From: Pirellulales bacterium
GTDB lineage: Bacteria > Planctomycetota > Planctomycetia > Pirellulales > UBA1268
NCBI GenBank assembly: GCA_049695995.1
Contig: JBAVTF010000085.1
Span: forward strand, 2,205 to 66,204
Reading direction: 5' to 3'
Length of the DNA stretch: 64,000 bases
Below the pieces are notes generated by a model, which had not been told where the DNA came from, did no database searches, and saw nothing but the letters and a program-made list of their open reading frames with translations. Position numbers and translations under genes: made by a program. The first letter of the stretch is position 1. The number at the start of each line of letters is the position of its first letter. Shown in pieces: positions 37,491 to 46,900 of this stretch.

Positions 37491-39124
37491 GCAAGCTGCC
37501 TCACGCGGAGGTCCACACCGGTGGCCGGCACGTCGCCGGCGAGTGCGGCGAAGGGGGCGGCCGAGCCGGCGATCTGCTGCCGCACGCCGACCGGGTCATA
37601 GAGGCCACGGCGGCCGAGCATGTTCCAGAACAGCCGACCTTCGGGCCAGACGCCGGCCGGCGGCTTGATCGCCTGGCCGAAGCTCTGGGCGTGGTGGGCC
37701 ACGTTCACCCAGGTGCCGGCCCGCTCTGCGAAGCCCGCTGCGGGCAGTCGCCAGGTGGCGAGCTTCATGAGCGGCGACTCGAAGAGGTCCTGCACCACAA
37801 GGCAGTTCAGGTCGGCGAAGGTGGCGGCGGTCGCGTCGTCGACCCAGGGCGTGGGGTAGCCGCCGGTCACCCAGGCGGCGTCGGCCTTGCCGGCGGCGAC
37901 ATGGGCCACGAGGTCATCCCACGAGCGGCCACCAGCGCCGTAGAGGGCGAGCACTTCCTCGACGCCCTTGCGGTTGGGGCACTTCTCGGCGCGAATCGTG
38001 AAGCCGCCGGGGAAGGTTTCGTCGGCGCCGATGACGGGCACGTGGCCGAGGGCCAGGAACGCCTCCGGATCGATCGAGCGGGCGATCGCACAGAGCATCC
38101 AGGACTCTTCGACCGTGAGCATCGGCGAGACGGCCACCGCGAGCCGGCCCGCGGTCTTGAGGTCGTCGCGGAGCCGCGTCACGACGTCGGCCCACTCGAC
38201 CGTCTCGAAGGCATCGCCCGGCGTGCCGTGCCCGTTGCCACGGAGATCGCGCCGGCGGCCGGCGGCGAGCACCCGCGACTGATCATGGAGATGATGCCAG
38301 CCGTAGCGGCCGTCGTCGCACATCCACCAGGTGTTGACGTGCGGGTTCTCGCGGGGCTTGAGCCGGTAGACCGTGTCTTGGTTGTGTTCGGTGTGGATCG
38401 AGCAGCCGGCCGAGCAGCCGCCGCAGACGTTCGCCTCCCGCTTCAGGAACCAGACCCGTTGCTGATACAGAAAATCCTTGTCACCGAGCGCGCCGACCGG
38501 GCAGAGATCGACCACGTTGCCGGCGAGCTTGTTGTCGAGCGGGAATCCGGGGAAGACGTCGATTTCTTCCTTTGCACCACGGGACGTGACCATCAACTCA
38601 GATGTGCCGGAGACCTCGCGGGTGAACCGCACGCACCGCGTGCACATGATGCAGCGATCGACGAACAGCGTGACCGTCGGGCCGACGTCCCGCTTGCGGC
38701 TCGTGAACGGATGGAGATCGGCTCGCCGCTCGGCCTGACCGTGCTCGAAGTGGTAGTCCTGGAGCAGGCACTCACCTGCCTTGTCGCAGATCGGGCAGTC
38801 GATTGGGTGGTCGATGAGGAGCGCCTCTTCGACCCGGGCGCGGCTGTCCTTTACGAGCTGGCTCTCGGTGACGATCACCGTGCCGTCCTTGACCGGCGTC
38901 TGGCAGCCAGGCACGAGCTTCGGCACCATCGTGACCTTGCCGGTGGCGGCGTCGCGCTGACCCGTCTCGATCAGGCACATCCGGCAGCTGGCCACGACGG
39001 AGAGCCCGGGATGCCAGCAGTAGTGCGGAATCTCCTTGCCCGCCCGCCGCGCAGCCTCGATGCAGTTGAGCCGCTCGTCGGCTCCGATCTCGATCTCTTG
39101 TCCATCGACGATGACGACCGGCAT
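37487..39124 (-). CDS. nuoG: NADH-quinone oxidoreductase subunit G (short form, 546 aa)
   Basis: The N-terminal 2Fe-2S region is CWHPGLSVVASCRMC. An HPIDCPICDKAGEC block and a CIMCTRCVRF block follow. The ATG at 39124 overlaps the nuoF stop (TGATG). Confidence 0.85.
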   Translation of the reverse strand: MPVVIVDGQEIEIGADERLNCIEAARRAGKEIPHYCWHPGLSVVASCRMCLIETGQRDAATGKVTMVPKLVPGCQTPVKDGTVIVTESQLVKDSRARVEEALLIDHPIDCPICDKAGECLLQDYHFEHGQAERRADLHPFTSRKRDVGPTVTLFVDRCIMCTRCVRFTREVSGTSELMVTSRGAKEEIDVFPGFPLDNKLAGNVVDLCPVGALGDKDFLYQQRVWFLKREANVCGGCSAGCSIHTEHNQDTVYRLKPRENPHVNTWWMCDDGRYGWHHLHDQSRVLAAGRRRDLRGNGHGTPGDAFETVEWADVVTRLRDDLKTAGRLAVAVSPMLTVEESWMLCAIARSIDPEAFLALGHVPVIGADETFPGGFTIRAEKCPNRKGVEEVLALYGAGGRSWDDLVAHVAAGKADAAWVTGGYPTPWVDDATAATFADLNCLVVQDLFESPLMKLATWRLPAAGFAERAGTWVNVAHHAQSFGQAIKPPAGVWPEGRLFWNMLGRRGLYDPVGVRQQIAGSAAPFAALAGDVPATGVDLRVRQLA

Positions 39125-40479
39125 CAGTGGGCTCCCACGATCTGCAGGGCGGGCACGGGGTCGGTGACCATCCAGCCCGAAGGGTTGGTCCGCTTGATGT
39201 AGTCTTCGAACTCGCCGCGGAACTTCTTGATCGCGTTCTTGATCGGCCAAGCGGCGCCGTCGGCCAGACCGCAGATCGTGCTGCCCGGCATCATGCCCAT
39301 CGTGTTGCCGATCTCGAGCAAGAGATCGAGATCCCGGAGGCGGCCTTGGCCGGCCTTGATCCGCTCGAGCATTCGCAGGCTCCAGCTCGTGCCCTCGCGG
39401 CAGGGCGTGCACTGGCCGCACGACTCGTGGGCGAAGAATCGGCAGGAGTTGTGGAGGAAATCCACGATGCTGGTCTCATCGTCGATCACGACGACGGCCG
39501 CGGTGCCGAGGCCGAGGCAGCCCACCTTGCCGGGTCCGGCGAAGTCGAGCGGCGTATCGAGTTCGCTCTCCGTCATCAGGCCCATCGAGATGCCGCCGGG
39601 GATCACGGCCTTCGCCTTACGCCCCTTCCACACGCCGCCACCGAACTGGTTGATGAGCTGCCGCGCGGTGATGCCGAGCGGCGCCTCATAGCAGCCGGGC
39701 TTCTCGACATGGCCCGAGAGGCAGTAGAGCTTCGGGCCATAGGAGCCGGGGTCGCGGGGATTGGCAGGGTCGGCCGGCACGCCGATCGACTTGAACCAGT
39801 CGATGCCGCGGCGGGCGATCTGGGCCACGCAGGCCATCGTCTCGATGTTGTTGACGACCGTCGGCTTGCGAAACAGTCCTTCGATCGCCGGGAACGGCGG
39901 CTTGATTCGCGGCCAGGCCCGCTTCCCTTCGAGACTCTCGATGAGGCCGGTCTCCTCGCCGCAGATGTAGGCGGCCGCGCCGCGATGCAGGTAGATGTCG
40001 AGCGAGAAGGTTGTGCCGCGAATGTTCTTGCCGAGATAGCCGGCCGCATACGCCTCGTCGATCGCGGCCTGGAGGCGATGCCAGCTCTGTGGATACTCGT
40101 ATCGCAGGTAGATGTAGGCCGTGGAGGCCCGCGTGGCATACGAGGAGAGGATGATGCCCTCGATCACCTGATGCGGGTCGTCCTCCATCAAGATGCGATT
40201 GTTGAACGTGCCCGGCTCGCTCTCGTCGGCGTTGACGCAGAGATAGATCGGCCCGGGATGATCCTTGGGGAGGAACGTCCACTTGAGTCCGGTCGAGAAG
40301 CCGGCGCCGCCGCGGCCGCGCAGCCCCGACGACTTCACCATCTCGACCACGTCCACCGGTTGCTTCTCCGCGAGCACCTTCTCGAGCGGGGCGTAGCCGC
40401 CGCGGCTCTTGTAGCTCGCGATGGAGTGGCCATCGGGCACGCCGACGGCTTCGAGCAGGACGGGCTTGAACGGGGTCAT
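39124..40479 (-). CDS. nuoF: NADH-quinone oxidoreductase subunit F
   Basis: Motifs are GRGGAGFSTG, the CNADESEPGTF-type block (VNADESEPGTF) and ESCGQCTPCREG. Confidence 0.92.
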   Translation of the reverse strand: MTPFKPVLLEAVGVPDGHSIASYKSRGGYAPLEKVLAEKQPVDVVEMVKSSGLRGRGGAGFSTGLKWTFLPKDHPGPIYLCVNADESEPGTFNNRILMEDDPHQVIEGIILSSYATRASTAYIYLRYEYPQSWHRLQAAIDEAYAAGYLGKNIRGTTFSLDIYLHRGAAAYICGEETGLIESLEGKRAWPRIKPPFPAIEGLFRKPTVVNNIETMACVAQIARRGIDWFKSIGVPADPANPRDPGSYGPKLYCLSGHVEKPGCYEAPLGITARQLINQFGGGVWKGRKAKAVIPGGISMGLMTESELDTPLDFAGPGKVGCLGLGTAAVVVIDDETSIVDFLHNSCRFFAHESCGQCTPCREGTSWSLRMLERIKAGQGRLRDLDLLLEIGNTMGMMPGSTICGLADGAAWPIKNAIKKFRGEFEDYIKRTNPSGWMVTDPVPALQIVGAH

Positions 40480-40480
40480 G

Positions 40481-40978
40481 TCAGGTGGCCCTCGCGCGGG
40501 GCTTCTTGAGCTCGGCCTCGGCGGCCTCGGGCGTCATGTTCTTGAGGAGATCGTCGTTGGCGAGGATGCAGGGGGCGAAGTCGCAGGCCCCGAGGCACTC
40601 GGCCGGCTCGATCGTCAGTTCGCCGTCGGGCGTCGTGCCGTACGGCTCGACCCCGTTCTTCTTGCAGAGATGCTCGAGCAGGTGGTCGCCGCCACGAAGG
40701 GCGCAGGACACCGAGCGGCAGACGAAGGCCCGCACCTTGCCGTGCGGCTTCTCCTGGTGGAAGAACTGATAGAAGGTGAGCGTGTCCTGTACCTCGGCCG
40801 GCGCGAGCCCCAGCACCTGGGCGATCTCGACCACCGCCTCCATGGGCACGTGCCGCAATTCAGCATTCACGATGTGCAGGGCCGGGAGCGTGAGGGCGCG
40901 GCGGTTCGGATACCGCGGCGCGAGCGCCTCGATCTTCGCCACCATCTCGTCGGTGAGCACGCGTCTGGGGGCGATCAT
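40481..40978 (-). CDS. nuoE: NADH-quinone oxidoreductase subunit E
   Basis: The 2Fe-2S ligands are CRSVSC...CLGACDFAPC. The ATG at 40978 forms an ATGA overlap with the nuoD stop. Confidence 0.88.
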   Translation of the reverse strand: MIAPRRVLTDEMVAKIEALAPRYPNRRALTLPALHIVNAELRHVPMEAVVEIAQVLGLAPAEVQDTLTFYQFFHQEKPHGKVRAFVCRSVSCALRGGDHLLEHLCKKNGVEPYGTTPDGELTIEPAECLGACDFAPCILANDDLLKNMTPEAAEAELKKPRARAT

Positions 40979-42213
40979 CGGTCGAGCTCCGCGGCGATGA
41001 TGTTGAGGCTGCCGAGTACGGCCACGACGTCGGAGAGCGTGTGGCCGCGGATCAGAAACGGAAACAGCGCGAAGTGCAGCACCGATGGGGGCCGGCAGCG
41101 GGCGCGGTAGGCCGTGTCGTCGCCGTCGCCCACGATGTAAAAGCCGAGTTCGCCGTTCGGAGCCTCGATCGCGGCGTACGACTCCTCGAACGGCACCTCG
41201 AAGCCGCGATTGGCCATCGACAGCTCGAAGTGGGAGATCGTGCCCTCGATCGTCGAATAGACCTGCTTCTTCGTCGGCAGGGCCGTCCGCTGGTCGATGC
41301 CCACGTTCACCGGGCCACTGGGCAGGTTTTCGAGCGCCTGGGCGACGATCTTCAGGCTCTCCCGCATCTCCTGCATCCGCACGAGATAACGGGCGTAGCA
41401 ATCGCCGGCGCTCGCGCAGGCTACCTTGAAGTCGAGATCGGCGTAGGCCAGGTAGGGCTCGTCCTTGCGGAGGTCGCGGGTCACGCCGCTGGCCCGGGCC
41501 ACGGGGCCGGTGGCGCTGCGATTGATCGCCTCTTCCTTCGTGAGCACGCCCACGCCCTTCGTGCGATCGACGAAGATGCGGTTCCGCGTGAGCAGCCGCT
41601 CCATGTCGTCGAGCGTCTTCGGGAAGGTCTTGATGAACGCCCGGATCTTCTCGATCACCAGCGGCGTGAAGTCCTGCGACACGCCGCCGACGCGGGTGTA
41701 GGAGTTGGTGAACCGCGCCCCGCAGAGCGTCTCGAAGATGTCGTAGATCACCTCACGCTGGTAGAAGGCGTAGAGGAAAAACGTAAACGCACCCGTATCG
41801 AGCCCCACTGCGCCGTTCGAGAGCAGGTGGTCACTGATCCGGGCCAGTTCGGCGACGATCGTGCGGATATAGCGGCACCGCGGGGTGAGCTCGATGCCGA
41901 GCAGGGCCTCGACGGCGTGGTGCCAGGCCACGTTATTGGCGATGGGCGAGATGTAGTTCATCCGGTCAGTCACCGTCACGTATTGGTTGAACGTGAGGTG
42001 CTCGCCGATCTTCTCGAAGCCCGAGTGCAGATAGCCCATCTCCGGCATTGCATCGACCACCCGCTCCCCCTCGAGCTTGAGCACGAGGCGGAGCGTCGTG
42101 TGGGTGGCGGGGTGCTGCGGGCCGAAGTTGAGCGTCCAGAGGTAGTCCTCGCTCCGCGCGCCCGCCTCGGGGCCGCGGCTCGTGACGTCGAATTCGGCAG
42201 GGGCGATCGACAT
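40975..42213 (-). CDS. nuoD: NADH-quinone oxidoreductase subunit D
   Basis: Contains NFGPQHPATHTTLRL and HSGFEK, and ends in GSLNIIAAELDR. Length is 412 aa. Confidence 0.92.
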   Translation of the reverse strand: MSIAPAEFDVTSRGPEAGARSEDYLWTLNFGPQHPATHTTLRLVLKLEGERVVDAMPEMGYLHSGFEKIGEHLTFNQYVTVTDRMNYISPIANNVAWHHAVEALLGIELTPRCRYIRTIVAELARISDHLLSNGAVGLDTGAFTFFLYAFYQREVIYDIFETLCGARFTNSYTRVGGVSQDFTPLVIEKIRAFIKTFPKTLDDMERLLTRNRIFVDRTKGVGVLTKEEAINRSATGPVARASGVTRDLRKDEPYLAYADLDFKVACASAGDCYARYLVRMQEMRESLKIVAQALENLPSGPVNVGIDQRTALPTKKQVYSTIEGTISHFELSMANRGFEVPFEESYAAIEAPNGELGFYIVGDGDDTAYRARCRPPSVLHFALFPFLIRGHTLSDVVAVLGSLNIIAAELDR

Positions 42214-42216
42214 GGG

Positions 42217-42726
42217 CTAGCTATGGTCCCGGGTGATGACGGGGAAGTTGTGGCGTTCGCCGCGGCCCTGGAGCGGGTAGTCTTTTCGCAGCGGGTGGGC
42301 GGTGAACTCTTCGGGCATCACGAGGCGGCGGAGGTCGGGGTGCCCTTCGAAGCGGATGCCGAACAGGTCCCAGACTTCGCGCTCCAGCCAGTTCGCGCCC
42401 TCCCAGAGTGGCACGACGCTCGGCACGGTGGGCTCGGGGTCGTCGGCGAAGACGCGGACGGTGAGCCGCTGATTGGTGGCCGTGTTGGCGAGCAGATAGA
42501 CCAGACCGTAGCGGTGCTTCGCCCCCTTGTACTCCAGGTAGTCGACGCACGTGACGTCGACGAGCAGATCGAAGCCTCGGTCCTTTAACAGCCGAAAGGC
42601 ATCGAAGGCGACGGCAGCCTGGAGCACCACGCGGGTCTGGCCGCGATAGACCGACGGGTCGATAGGCCCAAAACGCTCGGCGAGCGCGGCGACCACGTCG
42701 TCAACGGCGGGGGGCGTGTGCGGCAT
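42217..42726 (-). CDS. nuoC: NADH-quinone oxidoreductase subunit C
   Basis: Contains WLEREVWDLFGIRFEGHPDLRRL and HPLRKDYP. Confidence 0.88.
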   Translation of the reverse strand: MPHTPPAVDDVVAALAERFGPIDPSVYRGQTRVVLQAAVAFDAFRLLKDRGFDLLVDVTCVDYLEYKGAKHRYGLVYLLANTATNQRLTVRVFADDPEPTVPSVVPLWEGANWLEREVWDLFGIRFEGHPDLRRLVMPEEFTAHPLRKDYPLQGRGERHNFPVITRDHS

Positions 42727-42783
42727 GAAGGGGTGGTTGCGTGATCGAGGAGCGGAGATGGGAACGTGAGGCAGGGAGGTTGT

Positions 42784-43413
42784 TCAGGTACGGGGGCCGA
42801 TCGCTTCGGCGGCCGCGGCGAGTTCGCGCTGGAGAACGGGGTTGCGGGAGGCATCGATCGAGAGCGGTGACGTGATCTCGACCAGGGCCCGCTTGCGGGC
42901 CTGCCGGCCGGCCGTGTCGAACTCGCGACCGGTGATCGTGCCCTCCCGCTGGATCTTGTCCTGCAGGTCGATGATCGCCTGGATGAGCTGCTCGGGCCGC
43001 GGCGGGCAGCCGGGCACGTACATGTCGACCGGGATGAAGCGGTCGATGCCCTGCACGACGGCGTAGGTGTCGAACACGCCGCCGGTGCTCGCGCAGGCGC
43101 CCATCGAGATGCACCACTTGGGCTCGTGCATCTGCTGCCAGATCCGCTGGAGCACCGGCAGCATCTTCATCACCACGCGGCCGGCGACGATCATGAGATC
43201 GCACTGCCGCGGGCTGAACCGGAACACTTCGGCGCCGAATCGGGCGAGGTCGTGCTTGCTCGCGCCCGTGGCCATCAGCTCGATGCCGCAGCAGGCCGTG
43301 GCGAAGGGCATCGGCCAGAGACTGTTTTTCCGGCACCAGCTGGCCAGCTCGTCGAGCTTGCTGACGAACACGTTCTCAGGCAGTTCGAGCTTGGGCGAAT
43401 CGTTTACCGCCAT
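42784..43413 (-). CDS. nuoB: NADH-quinone oxidoreductase subunit B
   Basis: Contains ATACCGIE, MGACASTGG and VPGCPPRPE. Confidence 0.92.
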   Translation of the reverse strand: MAVNDSPKLELPENVFVSKLDELASWCRKNSLWPMPFATACCGIELMATGASKHDLARFGAEVFRFSPRQCDLMIVAGRVVMKMLPVLQRIWQQMHEPKWCISMGACASTGGVFDTYAVVQGIDRFIPVDMYVPGCPPRPEQLIQAIIDLQDKIQREGTITGREFDTAGRQARKRALVEITSPLSIDASRNPVLQRELAAAAEAIGPRT

Positions 43414-43799
43414 CGGAACACCCCCTTGCGCCAGTCATAGGCGAAGCCCACGATCACCAATGCGATGAACAGCATCGCACCGCCGAACACGAGCCCGCGG
43501 GACGAGACCAGGCCGCCGGCCACCGCCGCATCGACGCCGGCCTGCGATCTGCTGGCGACGGCCCATGGATAGAGGAACAAGAGCTCGACGTCGAACACCA
43601 GGAACGTGATCGCCACGAGGTGGAAGCGGACGTCGAACCGCCGCCGCGTGTCGTGGATCGGATCCATGCCGCTCTCGTACGGCATTTCCTTCACGGCCCC
43701 CGACCGCTTTGGGCCGACAAGTTGCGCGAAAACCACCAGCCCTACGGAAACGGCGGCCGCGATCGCGACGAACAGCAGGACCGGAAGGATGGCGTCCAT
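43404..43799 (-). CDS. nuoA: NADH-quinone oxidoreductase subunit A
   Basis: Three-TM protein with YESGM and DVELLFLYPWAV. The ATG at 43799 is preferred over the track start at 43961. Confidence 0.85.
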   Translation of the reverse strand: MDAILPVLLFVAIAAAVSVGLVVFAQLVGPKRSGAVKEMPYESGMDPIHDTRRRFDVRFHLVAITFLVFDVELLFLYPWAVASRSQAGVDAAVAGGLVSSRGLVFGGAMLFIALVIVGFAYDWRKGVFRWR

Positions 43800-43880
43800 G
43801 GCGGGCTCGAATGTGGTCAGCGGGCTCCGGCCGAAGCCCGGCCGAACCCCGGAAGTGGGAAAATCGGCCGTAGGAAGCCA

Positions 43881-43902
43881 CTTCGTGAAATCTGTCACGA
43901 AG
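43881..43902. promoter_or_regulatory. CRP/FNR-type palindrome upstream of nuoA
   Basis: CTTCGTGA-AATCTG-TCACGAAG is a perfect 8-6-8 palindrome containing GTGA-N6-TCAC. It lies 82-103 nt upstream of the nuoA ATG and downstream of the preceding terminator. Confidence 0.3.
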
Positions 43903-43910
43903 TAGCGGCC

Positions 43911-43941
43911 TAAAAAAGCCGGGGGCTCTGGCCCGCCGGCT
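43911..43941 (-). terminator. Intrinsic terminator after the GT2 gene
   Basis: On the minus strand, an AGCCGG...CCGGCT stem (6 bp plus 3 inner GC pairs) is followed by TTTTTTA. It lies ~50 nt after the GT2 stop and separates that operon from nuo. Confidence 0.65.
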
Positions 43942-43992
43942 CTTACCGATTCAACCGTCAAAGTTATACAGACCCGACCCGTGGCCGACGAG

Positions 43993-44979
43993 TCAGACCG
44001 TTTTTGCCCGGTCGGTAACCGCCTGCCAGCGGTGGCGAACCCGGTTCACCCGGGGGTCGCCCGCTGCCATATCCACGAGCGTCGCCGCATGGGCGAGCGT
44101 GTCCCGGGCCCCCGCGGCATCGCCCGCCTCGAGCCGCCGCTCCGCACTGCGAAGAGCCGAGGCGGCATGCCAGCGGGCACTGGCGGCGGTGAGGCGTCCG
44201 CACACTTGCCCCGGGAGTGACTTTGCGTTGATCTCGATCGTGCGGATCACGTCGGGCCACACGTCCCCCTTGGCAAGCAGCCGGGCCGACTCGTTGGCCT
44301 CGTGGCGACGGTAGGCGGCCAGCACCCGCGGCTCGTACCAGACGCGGCACTGAGCGGCGATCCGCACCCACATCTCCCAGTCGAGTGCCTGGCAGAGGTC
44401 GTCGCGATAGCCGCCGAACTGCTCGTACGTGGCGCGGCGGACGACCACGGCCGGCGTCTGGAGCCGCTGGCGTTCCGCGATCACCGCCAACCAGTCGCGA
44501 AGCGGGCCGGCGAACCAGGCCAGCCGCGAACTGTTCTTGAGGAACCGATCGGCGCCATCCACGAGCCGCGTGCGGCAGAAGGCCATGCCTGCGTCCGGCG
44601 CCCGGCGCAGCCCCCGCTCCAGTCGGGCGTAGAAGCCGGGGAGTACATAGTCGTCTTGATGCAGCAGATGGACGAGTGTGCCCCGAGCGAGATCGATCGC
44701 GCGATTCCAGTTCCCGGCCAGCCCGAGCCGCTCGTCGTGCCGGACGATCTCCACGCGACCGGCCGGATCGACCGATCGCACGATGTCTTCCACGAGCCCA
44801 GCGGGAGAGCCGTCGTCGACGACCGTGATCTGCATCTCAGCGGCGGGCGGTGCCTGCGTGAGCACGGATGCGAGTGCGACGGCGAGCGTGTCGGTGGGCC
44901 TGTACGTCGGCAGCATCACCGAGACTCGCGGCCGGGCAGCTCCGTCAATGGGCGGTGCAATGCGCGGCGGCTGCGACAT
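43993..44979 (-). CDS. Family 2 glycosyltransferase
   Basis: The sequence VSVMLPTYRP...VVDDGS...HQDDY shows the GT-A DxD context. The ATG at 44979 lies 11 nt after the upstream stop. Confidence 0.8.
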   Translation of the reverse strand: MSQPPRIAPPIDGAARPRVSVMLPTYRPTDTLAVALASVLTQAPPAAEMQITVVDDGSPAGLVEDIVRSVDPAGRVEIVRHDERLGLAGNWNRAIDLARGTLVHLLHQDDYVLPGFYARLERGLRRAPDAGMAFCRTRLVDGADRFLKNSSRLAWFAGPLRDWLAVIAERQRLQTPAVVVRRATYEQFGGYRDDLCQALDWEMWVRIAAQCRVWYEPRVLAAYRRHEANESARLLAKGDVWPDVIRTIEINAKSLPGQVCGRLTAASARWHAASALRSAERRLEAGDAAGARDTLAHAATLVDMAAGDPRVNRVRHRWQAVTDRAKTV

Positions 44980-44989
44980 CGTGACGGGA

Positions 44990-45808
44990 CTACCAGATGC
45001 CCATGCCGAAGCCGAACCCGAAGCCCATGCCGCCGAAGATGCCGGCATCGGCGCCGGTGCGGACGTCGGAGAACGGCGTCTTGCCCGGGCCTTGATTGCG
45101 GTAGGGCGAGAAGGAGGCACGGGCTTCTGCCAGGCCGGCGGCCGAGGCGGCTGCTGTCTCCCGCCGGGCCTCGTCGGCCCGCTGCACGAGCAGATTCCGC
45201 CCTTGCTCGAAGTCGGCCTGCCGCTGCCGCAGCGACGTCCGCTTCTCTTCGATGGTCTTGATCTCCATTTGGAGTTGGCCGGCCGACATCGTCACGACGT
45301 TCGGCACATCCTTGAGTTCCTGGGCTCGCCGCTCGTCCGACATCGCCGAGAGGTACTGCCCCACCCAGGCTCGCACGTCCTGGGCCTCGGGCGTGTCGAG
45401 CACCTTGAACTTCTTCTCGAGGTCTTCGAGCAGGTATTCGAGTTCGAACGACGACATCCCGGCGACCCGCCGGTTGAAATCGACCTTGATCCGTCGCACC
45501 TGCTCGGGCGTGTAAATCTTCGTGGACGACAGCCACTCGCCGAGTTCGAAAATGGCCCGCCGCCATTCGGCACTGTTCATGATCTCAGCCTTGCGGGCGA
45601 GATCGTCGGCGTCACCAGCATCCGCCGCCTGGGGCTCGGGCGTGGAGTGCGTGGCGGCGGTCGAGTCGGTCGCCGACGCCGTCGTGCTCGGCTCCGCAGC
45701 GCGGATCGACGGCAGTGCCGAGAGAAGGATCATGAGTCCGGCGGCGGTGCACCAGCCGGTGATCCGCGCCGCGGGGATCGATCCGGGTCTCATGTTCGCG
45801 AGCGTCAT
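44990..45808 (-). CDS. Secreted coiled-coil protein with a Gly/aromatic C-terminal tail
   Basis: A signal-like N-terminus (WCTAAGLMILLSALPSIRAAEP) is followed by charged heptad-like helices. The C-terminus is GIFGGMGFGFGFGMGIW. It forms an ATGA overlap with the upstream gene. Confidence 0.55.
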   Translation of the reverse strand: MTLANMRPGSIPAARITGWCTAAGLMILLSALPSIRAAEPSTTASATDSTAATHSTPEPQAADAGDADDLARKAEIMNSAEWRRAIFELGEWLSSTKIYTPEQVRRIKVDFNRRVAGMSSFELEYLLEDLEKKFKVLDTPEAQDVRAWVGQYLSAMSDERRAQELKDVPNVVTMSAGQLQMEIKTIEEKRTSLRQRQADFEQGRNLLVQRADEARRETAAASAAGLAEARASFSPYRNQGPGKTPFSDVRTGADAGIFGGMGFGFGFGMGIW

Positions 45809-46776
45809 TTCGTGCCCTCCGCGACGCGGACCAGCGTGAGTGCGACCGGGGGCATGTGCTCGCCTCCGACATGCGTGTGGAGCGACCGCATCGTGCAGCG
45901 ATCCTTCCCGTCGAATGTGTAGACGTTGATGGCGGATGTCTGACTTCCGTCGGGCTTCACCGTGGCGGTGCGGGCCACCCATGAGCCGCCGTCCCGTAGC
46001 CAGGTGGCCTCGCTGTGACTGCCGTCGGAGCCGAACGCCCACGAGCGGACCCGACGGGCGAGTGGATCCCAGCCGATCCGCTGAGAGATGTCGAGCCCGA
46101 CGCCGTTCGCTGCCGCTCCGTTTGTCGGCCGGATCCGCATCTCGCGAAGGAGGAAGGTGTGCGTGTCGTTCCAGCGGACGCGCATCGTCAGTTCGGCTGC
46201 CGGCTTCGCGTCCGCCGCTTCGGTACCGTGGGTCGTCTCGTCGATGACCTTCCAATCGCCCACCATCCAATCGAGCTCGCGGAGCGTGTCGGGACCGGAT
46301 GGCTCAGGGGCACGGGCCTCGCGCAGGGCCGCGAGCTTCCACCCGCCGGCCTCGCGGACCCACGTGGCTGAGAAGCGACCCTCGAGCGGCATTCCGCCCC
46401 CGGGCAGCGTCACCTCCACCTTTCCATCTTCGATCGCGACATCAGGCGTCACGAAGCGGAGGCTGGTTTCCGTGATCTGGAATTCGGGCTGCGGGCCAGA
46501 TGGCTCACCGGCCGTCGTCGCGGCGACGGTCTCCCGCCCCTGCAGCACCTGACCGGCGTCGTCGATGATGTCGCCGTCCGCCGTCCAGAGATCGGTGAGC
46601 GTCTTTGACTCACCCTTCTGGAGCGCCTCCGTATAGACCTTGGCAGCCGCGCGGATGGCCGCGGCGTCGGCTTCCCGGCTCTGCGATTCAGCGGCCAGCA
46701 GGCAGCCCGTCATCAGGCCGATGAGGGTGACGAGCACGGCGCACAGGGCGACGGCACTGCGATGGAATCGGGGCAT
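45805..46776 (-). CDS. Lipoprotein with tandem SnoaL/DUF4440-like domains
   Basis: A lipobox-like LMTGC follows the signal peptide. Two NTF2-like halves are present (IRAAAKVYTEAL..., WVREAGGWKLAALRE; LDWMVGDWKV...WLRDGGSWVART). Confidence 0.55.
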   Translation of the reverse strand: MPRFHRSAVALCAVLVTLIGLMTGCLLAAESQSREADAAAIRAAAKVYTEALQKGESKTLTDLWTADGDIIDDAGQVLQGRETVAATTAGEPSGPQPEFQITETSLRFVTPDVAIEDGKVEVTLPGGGMPLEGRFSATWVREAGGWKLAALREARAPEPSGPDTLRELDWMVGDWKVIDETTHGTEAADAKPAAELTMRVRWNDTHTFLLREMRIRPTNGAAANGVGLDISQRIGWDPLARRVRSWAFGSDGSHSEATWLRDGGSWVARTATVKPDGSQTSAINVYTFDGKDRCTMRSLHTHVGGEHMPPVALTLVRVAEGTK

Positions 46777-46900
46777 GGGACAGAGGGCCTCGGCCGCAGG
46801 ACATACGCGGGGAATCTCGACAAATCGTACCACGCGACCCAACCCGCCGAAAACGCTCTGGCCCGAGTGGCCGCGGCGGCCTTTTGGTAGGGTGACGGTC

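Noticed and set aside
30380-42588. A series of 450-515 aa plus-strand ORFs (30380-31837, 36210-37601, 37691-39202, 39127-40509, 41041-42588).
   Set aside because: All are antisense to nuo genes with textbook cofactor motifs. They are His/Arg/Glu/Asp-rich shadows.
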